A DNA stretch of 64,000 bases, from the NCBI GenBank assembly GCA_964016885.1, contig OZ024746.1, positions 50,840,001 to 50,904,000 on the forward strand. Direction: 5' to 3'. This document shows positions 1 through 14,209 of the stretch, piece by piece (position 1 is the first letter of the stretch; every line of letters starts with the position of its first letter). The stretch is from Eledone cirrhosa. Its lineage: Eukaryota. Below the pieces are notes generated by a model that was given only the letters and a program-made list of their open reading frames with translations, was not told the origin of the DNA and did not search any database. The translations under genes were made by a program, and so were the position numbers.

Positions 1-1
1 C

Positions 2-1372
2 ATGTGCAATCATTTTCTTCAGTTCATCGTGGTTTTCGGGTGTCCGTATGGCTCTGGTCCACCCGTTCCATCTATCTGTGTGGGTTTTCTTGGCCATTGA
101 GGTAATGGTAGGTGGTCTGCCTCTTGCTGGTCTTGTAGGGCACAGGTTGCTAAGGTCATAAGTGTCTAGGTAACTATTACTATGGGTAAGCTTAAGTAGA
201 AGTCCCAGCTCACTGGTATCAATCCCACGGAACTCAACCTTGCTCTCGCTGATCATTTCGACGCATTTCTCTACAGCAAAATCCACGTCAATAGATGGAT
301 ACAGGGACACAACATCCATACTGCCTATTATGCAGTTTGTTAGGTCCCCAGATCGGTTACCCGCGCCGATTCTGCTGAGGAGGTCCTCCGTGCTGTCACA
401 CACATCTGGGGACATCTCAATGATGGGGCGTATGATCAGGGAGAGGAAGTAGGACAGTCTGTAGTTACTAGCAATGTTAGCCCCACAGACTGGCCGTGTT
501 GGTGGTCCCGCGACAGGGTCCCAGCCCGTTTTATGGTCTTTACGAAGCCCATACAACGCCGGCACGTCATTGTTCCAGGCCTGGAAGTTGTTGGCAGTCC
601 TTTTGTTGGGCTGCATTATATTTGTCCACATCACCATATGGGCATTGAGGGTTTTTTCTCTATCCTCATGCTCCTGTGGTGTTACCTCTCTTGTGTTAGT
701 GATGTGGGGTTGCATTGCCTGGATGTAGTTTGGCAGGCTGTCAACCGACATTCTGCCAGACTTGTCTGTTGGAAAGCATGCTATCTCTCCATTACGCGAG
801 CGCTGCATGAGCTTACGCAAGCCATTTGCAGATTCTTCTCCCAGTTGCTGGGCCTCTATTCTATTATGCTTCTTGCTATACTGTTCTATAATATTTCTAA
901 GTTCGGATTTAGCTATACTAAATTGTGCCTCTGTTTGTTCATCGACCTGCGACGGCAACTGCGTGCGTTTGTTAAATGGCAAAGTCGTGGCGTGGACTCG
1001 TCGTAGGTCGAATGATTTATCGGAGGGGTTATAAAACGGAGAGTTCCAGGCTGCTGCTTTATGTGTACTAGTGCTATTGTTATTGTTAGTTGTGTTGTTT
1101 CTATTTCCACCAACAGCAGCAGCCTCAGCTTCATGGTTGTTTCTATGTCTCTCATAATTACTCCTGTCTCTTTCCACTGGCTCAATGTTGTTATCTACCC
1201 TATTTTGTGTGTCTGTGTGTTCGTCTTGGTTATTCTCTTTGTCCTTAGTCTCCCATCTCCTTTTCCTTTTCCTTTTAATCCTATTACTTTCTCTTATTTC
1301 TCTGATTTCTGTGCTACTGTCATTACTTGTTTTCTGTGTCTGTGTGTTTGTTAAGATTGTGGTGAGAGGCAT
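2..1372 (-). CDS. Penelope-like element reverse transcriptase, N-terminal part (family C, non-Naiad PLE lineage); runs off the window start
   Basis: Hand translation of the minus frame (not in the ORF track): stop-free from ~1937 to base 2, ATG at 1372. Contains PTDKSGRM, LYGLRKDHK...PPTRPVCGA, STEDLL, GSMDVVSLYPSID and CPTRPARGRPPTITS, which are PLE RT motifs. Confidence 0.85.
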   Translation of the reverse strand, partial: MPLTTILTNTQTQKTSNDSSTEIREIRESNRIKRKRKRRWETKDKENNQDEHTDTQNRVDNNIEPVERDRSNYERHRNNHEAEAAAVGGNRNNTTNNNNSTSTHKAAAWNSPFYNPSDKSFDLRRVHATTLPFNKRTQLPSQVDEQTEAQFSIAKSELRNIIEQYSKKHNRIEAQQLGEESANGLRKLMQRSRNGEIACFPTDKSGRMSVDSLPNYIQAMQPHITNTREVTPQEHEDREKTLNAHMVMWTNIMQPNKRTANNFQAWNNDVPALYGLRKDHKTGWDPVAGPPTRPVCGANIASNYRLSYFLSLIIRPIIEMSPDVCDSTEDLLSRIGAGNRSGDLTNCIIGSMDVVSLYPSIDVDFAVEKCVEMISESKVEFRGIDTSELGLLLKLTHSNSYLDTYDLSNLCPTRPARGRPPTITSMAKKTHTDRWNGWTRAIRTPENHDELKKMIAH

Positions 1373-1379
1373 TGAATGC

Positions 1380-1765
1380 GTGTGTGTTGTTGTTGTTGAT
1401 GTGTGTTGTTGTTGATGTGTGTTGTTGTTGTCTCCGTGTGTGTGTGTGTTATCGTTGTTGTGTGTGTTGTTATTGTTGTTTGTGTTTGCGTGTCTGTTGT
1501 TGTTGTATCTGGGTATGTTGCTATTGTTGTTGTTGTTGATGTGTGTGTTGTTGTTATTATTGTCTCCGTGTGTGTTGTTATTGTTGTTTGTGTCTGCGTG
1601 TCTGTTGTATCTGGGTATGTTGCTATTGTTGTTGTTGTATCTGGGTATGTTGCTATTGTTGTTGTTATTGTTGTTTGTGTCTGTGTGTCTGTTGTTGTTG
1701 GGATGTGTGTTGTATATGTGTGTGCGTATATTGTTGCTTTTGTTTTTGTTTTTGATGCTCCAGCG
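1380..1765. repeat. (GTT)n/(GT)n low-complexity tract with repeated gtatctgggtatgttgctatt units
   Basis: Direct inspection; source of the T/V/C-rich spurious ORFs. Confidence 0.85.
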
Positions 1766-1769
1766 TAGT

Positions 1770-2103
1770 TTCCTAAATGAACACAAACACACACAGACAC
1801 CCGGATGTGGCGCATGCACAAACTGAGCACGCAACCCACACACAAACAAAATGGCGTAGGATAGAAGAAAGGAAAGACACAGAAACGAAGAACGAAATCC
1901 CCAGTCACTGAAGAGGTCACAGAGTGTGTGACGAAAGAACTATGACTATATATATATAAACAACTATCTGGTTGTGGAACCAACCAACCAACCAGAAATT
2001 TATAAATTTGTAAATTTATAAATATTTAATAAATTAAATTGAAGTGAAAGCAACTGGTGCGTGTGTTTCTTATTGGCAACATGACCCTCCCAAAGTATAA
2101 CAA

Positions 2104-2104
<1 letters not shown>
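1770..2104 (+). mobile_element. Inverted pLTR/3' end of PLE family C, ending ...atgaccctcccaaagtataacaat|(AT)n
   Basis: Strand composition flips near 1770; carries a plus-strand HHR; the same terminus recurs at 34891-34938, 35973-35996 (inverted) and 54352-54567. Confidence 0.7.
1903..1947 (+). ncRNA. Type I hammerhead ribozyme (family C)
   Basis: agtca-CTGAAGA-g-gtcac(agagtgt)gtgac-GAAA-gaac-TA-tgact: helix I agtca/tgact, helix II gtcac/gtgac, minimal helix III, predicted cleavage after CUA. Confidence 0.8.
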
Positions 2105-3504
<1,400 letters not shown>

Positions 3505-3508
<4 letters not shown>

Positions 3509-3952
3509 AAGTTTTATTTAAATTGTTGGGTTACAACGAGTAAATATTTATAACTGATATAAAAGCACTCAACAAGTATTTGGAGTATATTTACGATATT
3601 AAATAAATGGGAACTATATTTATAAAACCATATTTATTTCATTATATATATTTCAGGGATATCATATTAAAAATATGGTATGCCTTCTTCAGACAAAATA
3701 CAATATAAACAGTCTTATAAATAGATAGATTTGACATACCTTACAGCTTCAACTTCCATTTAAAAAGTTGATTTGGTAGTGAAAAATGTTAGGGACAGTT
3801 ATAAAAAGAAAGAAAAAAAGCGAAGAAAAAGAAGAAATGCATGCAACTAAATAGAGAGAGATAGATATAGAGAGATAGATAGAGAGAAGAAATTCATGTA
3901 AAGAAACAGAGAGAGATAGATAGAGAGAGAAAAAACACAGAGGGAGATAGAT

Positions 3953-3986
<34 letters not shown>

Positions 3987-4034
3987 AAAAATAGAGAGAG
4001 ATAGATATAGATAGAGATAGAGAGAAAGAAAATA
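3505..4034 (-). mobile_element. Family B pLTR 3' fragment (diverged) with HHR at 3630-3706
   Basis: Aligns by eye to 5318-5790 and 30368-30820. Confidence 0.85.
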
Positions 4035-4092
4035 GGTAACCTACCCTTTTAAGAAAACCCACTGTACCAATAGGAAATGTATCATATGTAAG

Positions 4093-4467
4093 GTGAACCC
4101 CCGGATAAACTGTAAAACTAGAAACGTAGTCTATAGCATAAGATGTACAGAGGGTACTTGCAGAAACATGACAACAACATACATAGGTGAGACAGCTCGT
4201 AGCATAGGTGAAAGGATAGACCAACACTGGGGGGAACTAAAAGGACGAAAAAACGGGTCAGTACTATACGAACATGCTAGACAACAACATGACGGTAACA
4301 TAGACAACATAGAAATTAGAATAATATCTAAACATAGGAATGACCCAGCAGATAGGCAAATCAGAGAGGCCAGTGAAATAGAAATTAGAAGACCAAAGCT
4401 AAACAGAAAGAATGAGTGGAACAACAACAACACCCAAACAAACAACACTGACCTAAGAGAAGTATAA
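4093..4467 (+). pseudogene. 5'-truncated PLE GIY-YIG endonuclease domain (family C-related; element fragment 4035-4998)
   Basis: CKTRNVVYSIRC..TC...YIGETARSIGERIDQH...RQIREA..I...LNRKNEW; the downstream 3' end atgaccctccccaaatataacaat matches the family C terminus. Confidence 0.88.
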
Positions 4468-4744
4468 ATAAGTAAATAAAATTAAATAAAATAAGATAAA
4501 TAAATACATACACAAGCACAATAACAACAAGCACATAAACACACACTAGTCACCCAGCAGACACAACACTATACACACTAGTCACACATCACACATAACA
4601 CTATACACACACGCAAACGCATGCGCAAAGAAGACAAAATAAAATAAGATAAACAAACAAGCAAATAAATAAATAAATATATAGACAGACTGAACAAAAA
4701 AAATGACGTAGACATACAACACAACAGGAGGAACAATGAATATA

Positions 4745-4790
4745 ACACCACTGACGATGTTGCAGATGTGCAACGAAAGATTTATGTAAA
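4745..4790 (+). ncRNA. Hammerhead-like motif with weak helix I
   Basis: CTGACGA-t-gttgca(gatg)tgcaac-GAAA-gatt-TA-tg; same architecture as the 1903 HHR, but helix I is only ~2 bp. Confidence 0.5.
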
Positions 4791-5063
4791 TTATGTAAAC
4801 TATATATATGTGTTTGTGTCTATATTGTATCTGTATTATTTTTGACCGTCGGTCAGTCAATGGCAACATTGAGGACCGAGTAAGTTAGATCACAGATATA
4901 AAAGACAGCGAGAAGCGAAAACCAACCAAACAGTGAGTGTGTTCTGTTATTAATTCTGGCAATATTACGCAAATATGACCCTCCCCAAATATAACAATAT
5001 ATATATATATATATATATATAAATTTATATATATATATATTTATATTTATATATATATATATT

Positions 5064-5144
<81 letters not shown>

Positions 5145-5173
5145 ATATATTTATATGTATATATATATATATT

Positions 5174-5230
<57 letters not shown>

Positions 5231-5273
5231 TTATATATATATATATATATTTATATGTATATATATATATATT

Positions 5274-5304
<31 letters not shown>

Positions 5305-5443
5305 ATTTATATATATATGGAAAGTTATATTTAAATTGTTGGGTTAACAACGAGTAAATATTTATAACTGATATAAAAGCACTCAACAAGTATTTGGAGT
5401 ATCTTTATGATATTAAATAAATGGAAACTATATTTATAAAACC

Positions 5444-5520
5444 ATATTTATTTCGTTATATATATTTCAGGGATATCATATTAACAATATGTTATGCCTT
5501 CTTCAGACAAAATACAATAT
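5444..5520 (-). ncRNA. Type I hammerhead ribozyme (family B)
   Basis: tattttgt-CTGAAGA-agg...cct-GAAA-tatata-TA-acgaaata; further copies at 3630-3706, 26677-26753, 30495-30571, 44615-44691, 49630-49705. Confidence 0.88.
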
Positions 5521-6814
5521 AAACAGTCTTATAAATAAATAGATACGACATACCTTTCAATCACCTTGCATTTGGGAGGTTGATTTGGCAGTAAAAAATA
5601 TTGTGGACAGTTGTAAAAAGAAAGAGAGAAAGAAAGAAAGAAAGAGAAACGAAGAAAAAGAAGAAATGCATGTGGCTAAATAGAGAGATATAGAAACATA
5701 GATAAAGAGAAGAACTTGATGTAAAGAAACAGAGAAATATATATAGAGAGAGGAAAAAAGAAAGAGATAGATAGAGATAGATAGAGAAACTAGGAAGTTG
5801 AGTATCGGTTGATACATTTATTTATTTATTTATTTATTTATTTAGCTCTAGTATTAATGTAAAGAGAGATGTATGTAGTTAAGAGAGAAAATAGCCGTTA
5901 TATAGAGAGCAAAAAAAGAGAAAATGAAAAAGAGAAAATGAAAAATAACCAGACATAAACGAGGCAGAATTTAAAAACGCTATGTTTCATCCTGTAGAAA
6001 ATATTAGTTCGTATAAAACAGGCATTATAATGTAAATATCAGTATACATGAATGAGACATGTATCTATAATGTGTGAAAAGTAATGATCTTATGTCTAGT
6101 TTTTAAAAATTCATATGTTTATATCATAATTATAAACAAACTCCCAATTCACACGAAAACATTCTCATTGTGCTATAAAAATTCAAGTATACATATATGT
6201 GTGTATATATACACATATATATAGAATCTATATTAATTTTAACAATACTATTCTTGTCTTTACTCTACATGATTGTCGATCAAGCAGAAATAGAGAACAG
6301 ATTTCAATATATTAATAAAAATAAAAATAAATATAAAAATAAAAATAAAAATATCAGAGACAGGAAAAATAAATAAATAAACAGAAAACTAAAACATTTA
6401 ATATTAAAATTAAAAAATATTACAAAATATTAAAAAATAATAAAAATAAAACATAGTATGCCACGCAAATCGGCCACAGAGATCAGCCTTTCAAAGTTAA
6501 TTGACAATATATTGCCAAGTTCATCATAAGCATCAGAGTCGAAACAGATAAAACAAAAATTGTTTACCAAATCCTGTCTAGCAGAAATCATTCCAAAAGT
6601 TTAGGATACCCATTTGGTCTACATATGTTCTTATATTTAATATAGAAGTTTATCTAGTGTAAAATTTAATTCGATATATTTGGAGCATCAGCTTTTAGGG
6701 TAGTTTAATTATTCATGAAGAATGTTTTAATAAAAAGAATGTTTTAATAGAAAGAAGAAATCGAAAGATTTATCGGCTAGTTTCATAAATAATTACAAAT
6801 CAAATCAAACATAA

Positions 6815-9229
<2,415 letters not shown>

Positions 9230-9334
9230 AAAAAATGAATAAAACAATTAAAACAATTCTACTATAAAAAATTATGAATAAAAAATAATGAATAAAACAT
9301 CTCTATAAAAAATAATGAATAAAACAAATAAAAC

Positions 9335-10461
9335 AATTCTACTACAGATGAGAATATAAAATATTGTGTAATCATAAATTGTGAAAAACCTTTAAATATT
9401 ACTAATATATACTTAGTAATTTAATTTATAGATTAATTTTAATTTATTTAACCCTTTATTAAAATTCCTTTACAGATAAAATATAACAAAATATCGTGTA
9501 TTCAATGACAGAGAAATAATTTTTAGTATTATAGACCTAATTAATATACATTTTAGAAATATATTTATAATTTGGTTTTAAATTTAGTCAACCTAAAAAT
9601 TTAATTTAATTGGCTTAAAATTAGTATCCTAATACAGACGGATTGCAGAGTGTCATGTAATCATAGAATGGGATGTGTTTTGGATGTATACCTAGTTAAT
9701 ATATTCTTTGCAATCTTTGAAATTTTTGAAAGAATATGTATATGTATGTATATATATGTATGTGTATGTATGTATATATATGTGTATATATATATATGTA
9801 TGTATATGTATATGTATGTGTATTGATTTTGATTTCTGTTTACATATAATTATATTCTGCTATTGATAAAATACAATATCTGTTTTATTTATTATATACC
9901 TAATTAACATATACTATAGAAATTAATATATAATTTTTAATTTAGTTAACCTATAATTTATATTCTACTACCGATGTAATACTTTATTTGTTTTTTCCCT
10001 ATTACTAAATTCATTTCCTAATATTGATACCATAACGTTAATAATTTTAATTTAGTTATACTATAATTAATACTCTACTACTATTTAACTTCAAAATTCT
10101 GCTTCAAATATTATAAACCTAAGTAATTTACACCTTAGAAATCAATATGTTAACTATCTTTAGTTTAGTTAACCTATAATTAATGGTATACTTATATTGA
10201 AATGCATAATTTTGCCTTCTTTCTTACATTTCCTAATACTGACACATATTGAAATCCAGATACAGATTAATATTCTATGTTTCTTGAAACATATATTTAC
10301 TATAATCCCCTTCTCCCCCCCCCCCCTTCCCCCATACTATTATTATCTGTATTTGTAAGCGTGTATATATGAATATATATGTAGGTAGGTGTATATATGT
10401 TTGGGTGTTTATATCTAAGTATAAAAATACATATATGCGCATGCAAATAAGGATGTATGAT

Positions 10462-10492
<31 letters not shown>

Positions 10493-10509
10493 GCATGTAT
10501 ATATATATG

Positions 10510-10540
<31 letters not shown>

Positions 10541-11340
10541 GTGTGTGTGTGCGTGTATGTATGTGTATATATATGTGTGTATGTATGTGTGTGTATATAT
10601 GTGTATGTATATGTATGTCTCTCTATATATATGTGTATCTTCGTATCTATGTGGGTATATGTGTGTATGTACATGTATGCACATGTATATGTTTATGTGT
10701 ATATGTGTGTATGTGTATATGTGTACGTATGCGCGCATATATATGTGAGTGTGTGTGTGTGTGTATATATATGTATGTCTATATATATATATGTTTGTAT
10801 ATGTATATGTATATATTATTTATTATTATAATATAATTTATGTGTATATATATATATGTGAAAATGTGTATGTATATATATATATATAAGTATATATGTG
10901 TATGTGTGTCTTTGTGTGTGTGTATATATATGTATATATGTGTGTATGTATGTGTTTGTATGTGTGTTTATGGCTGTATGTGTGTGTGGGTATATATATG
11001 TATGTATGTATATATATATATATATATATGTGTATATGTATCTCTATTTATGTGTGTATATATGTATATGTATATACCTTTTTCTTTGTATGTCTGAGTT
11101 GTGTGAGAGTGTAGTGGTGTTTGTATGTATATACGCATATATGGATGCGTATGTATTTGTATATATGCGTATATGTAAGTGCGTATGTGTGTGTGAATAT
11201 ATATCTATGTCTATGTATGAGTATGTATGTATGTGTATGTATGTGTGTGTGTATGTATGTATGTGTGTATGTGTGTATATATATGTGTGTATATATATGT
11301 ATGTATGTTGTATGTATGTATGTATATATGTATCTATATG

Positions 11341-11372
<32 letters not shown>

Positions 11373-11505
11373 TATTTATTATATATGTATGTGTGTGTAT
11401 GTGTGTATATATATCTTTATATATGTGTATGTGTATGTATGTGTAGGTGTGTGTGTGAGACTATATATGTATGTGTGTATATGTGTATGTATGTATATGT
11501 ATGTG

Positions 11506-11568
<63 letters not shown>

Positions 11569-12095
11569 ATATATATGTATATATATATATATGTATGTGT
11601 ATATGTATCTCTATTTATATGTGTATATGTGTATATGTATATACCTTTTTCTTTGTATGTCTGAGTTGTGTGAGAGTGCAGTGGTGTTTGTATGTATATA
11701 CGCATATATGGATGCGTATGTATTTGTATATATGCGTATATGTAAGTGCGTATGTGTGTGTGAATATATATCTATGTCTATGTATGAGTATGTATGTGTG
11801 TGTATGTATGTGTGTGTGTATGTATGTATGTGTTTATGTGTGTATGTATGTGTGTGTGTATATATATGTATATACGTGTATGTATGTATGTGTATATATG
11901 TATGTATATGTATATATATGTATATATATATATATATATATTTATTATATATGTGTGTGTGTGTATGTGTGTATATATATCTTTATATATGTGTATGTGT
12001 ATGTATGTGTAGGTGTGTGTGTGTGACTATATATGTATGTGTGTATATGTGTATGTTTGTGTATGTATGTGTATGTGTGTATATATATGTATATA

Positions 12096-12146
<51 letters not shown>

Positions 12147-12171
12147 GTATGTGTATATATATATGTATGTA

Positions 12172-12202
<31 letters not shown>

Positions 12203-12356
12203 ATATATTTATGTATATATATATATATATTTATATGTGGGTATGTATGTGTATGTGTGTATATATATGAGTGTATTTTTATATATATTTTTTATATATA
12301 TATATATATATGTATGTAGATGTGACTGTATATATATGTATATGTATAAATATATG

Positions 12357-12387
<31 letters not shown>

Positions 12388-12605
12388 ATATATATGTATG
12401 TATATGTATATGTGTGTATATGTATGAGTGTGTGTATATATATACGAGTGTTGTGAGTGTATATATATATATATATATATACGTGTGTATATGTATATGT
12501 GTATATATATATATGTATATATATGTATATATATATGTGTATATGTGTGTATATGTATATATATATATATATGTATGTATGCGTGTATGTGTATATGTGT
12601 GTAAA

Positions 12606-12659
<54 letters not shown>

Positions 12660-13054
12660 AGTCTATGTATTTATATGTGTATATGTATGTGTCTCTATAT
12701 GTATGCGTCTGTGTATGTGTATGTGTATTTATATGGTATGTGTATGTATATGTATGTATATGTATGTGTTTATATATATGTGTATGTATATGTATGTATA
12801 TGTATGTGTGTGTATGCGTGTTTTTTATATGTCTATATGTATGTATATCGATGTATACTTTATATTTTGCTTGTTTGTATATATATATATGTGTGTGTGT
12901 ATGTATATGTGCGTGTATATATATATATGTGTGTGTATATGTGTGTGTGTATATATATGTATATGTGTGTGTATATATATATGTATATGTGTATATACGT
13001 GTATATATATATGTATATGTTTATATATGTGTGTGTGTGTGTGTTGTATCTGTA

Positions 13055-13107
<53 letters not shown>

Positions 13108-14030
13108 TTGATATATTTCTTTTTTCTTTTTTCTTTTTCTTTTCTTTTTATTTCTAAGTTTATAGATACATCTATAAATAAGCAGTCTGCCGAAACCGTT
13201 GAATACTGACCTCTCCCCCCCTCCCACCTAATTTCTGTATATTGATCTAAATGTGTGTGGCAGTGTTTATGTGCGTGCATTAATGTCCATATGCTTATGA
13301 TAGTGCTATATGCACATATATATGTGTGTGGGGGTGTGTGTGTGTATGTATGTTCGTAATTATGTGTATGTTTATGCATATACGCGCGTATGTGTGTGAG
13401 TGTACGAATATGTGTGAGTATGTGAATGTGTGTATACATTTATTTCATATTTATGTGTCTATACGCATTTTATCTGTGGATTATAAACTTACAGAGACAT
13501 TAGCCTTGAATTTTTGTATTTGCATACATCTTTTTGGCATGCGTATGCATGTGAGCATATATCTTTATATAAATATGTGTACGAAGTTAATTACATGTAT
13601 ATACACACACCAAACTGCATAAAATTTTTTGTATTTTCATTGGTCAATTTGAACTCTGTTCCCAAACGGAATTTTGAATTGTTGTTATTATCAATAAATA
13701 TATTTCATTATTTCTGAAGACGGCATATATGTGTGTTTGGTATGTATATTTAATCTTGATAGTTTGTATAATTTTGTATAATTTTGTACATAGATCTGTT
13801 GAATATGCATGCCAATTCTAACACATATATATCCTAGAAACGATCGTTAAATAATGAACTTTTTTTGTTTAATATAAGGAACTGTTTCATTGTTTTATTC
13901 ATTATTTTTTTAATATTTTATCTTGACTCTGTATTCCGTTTATCTTTCACCGAAAGTGATTTTTCATTGCATCTCTTCTTTCCATGATATCCGGACTACA
14001 TTGAGTTCTTCATACGGATTGGACACTACC
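9335..14030 (+). repeat. 5' pLTR of family A, including ~3 kb of (TA/TG)n compound microsatellite (~10350-13430)
   Basis: Near-identical to 16717-21415; differs by microsatellite lengths and an 11-nt indel (10242 vs 17625). Confidence 0.92.
13704..13858 (+). ncRNA. Hammerhead ribozyme with ~115-nt helix II domain (family A)
   Basis: ttcattattt-CTGAAGA-[cgg..atatatgtgt..ttggtatgtatatttaa...ttgaatatgcatgccaa..acacatatat..ccta]-GAAAC-GATC-GTT-aaataatgaa; 10-bp helix I, palindromic helix III. Confidence 0.78.
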
Positions 14031-14209
14031 GTAAACTCTTGGTAGATTTATCTACATAATTTTTGCTCCTATTTTCACGGAAATATTCGTATTTTTGTAC
14101 TGTATGTGTGTATTAATTTTATATTTATGTATATACATATATATGTATGATTTTGTAAACCCATATACATTTAGTTGAGCTCTTTCAATTGTCCATCATC
14201 CATATCACA

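Noticed and set aside
240-1826. Plus-strand ORFs of 70-157 aa
   Set aside because: Antisense shadows of the minus-strand PLE ORF and of low-complexity sequence.
10275-13622. Numerous long ORFs rich in I/Y/V/C/M/H/T (also 17668-20985 and all IYIY ORFs)
   Set aside because: Translations of stop-free (TA)n/(TG)n microsatellite; no domain signal.
14031-14174. Intron in the family A leader (gtaaac...tttag)
   Set aside because: GT/AG ends are plausible and PLE leader introns are known, but no spliced copy in the window supports it.
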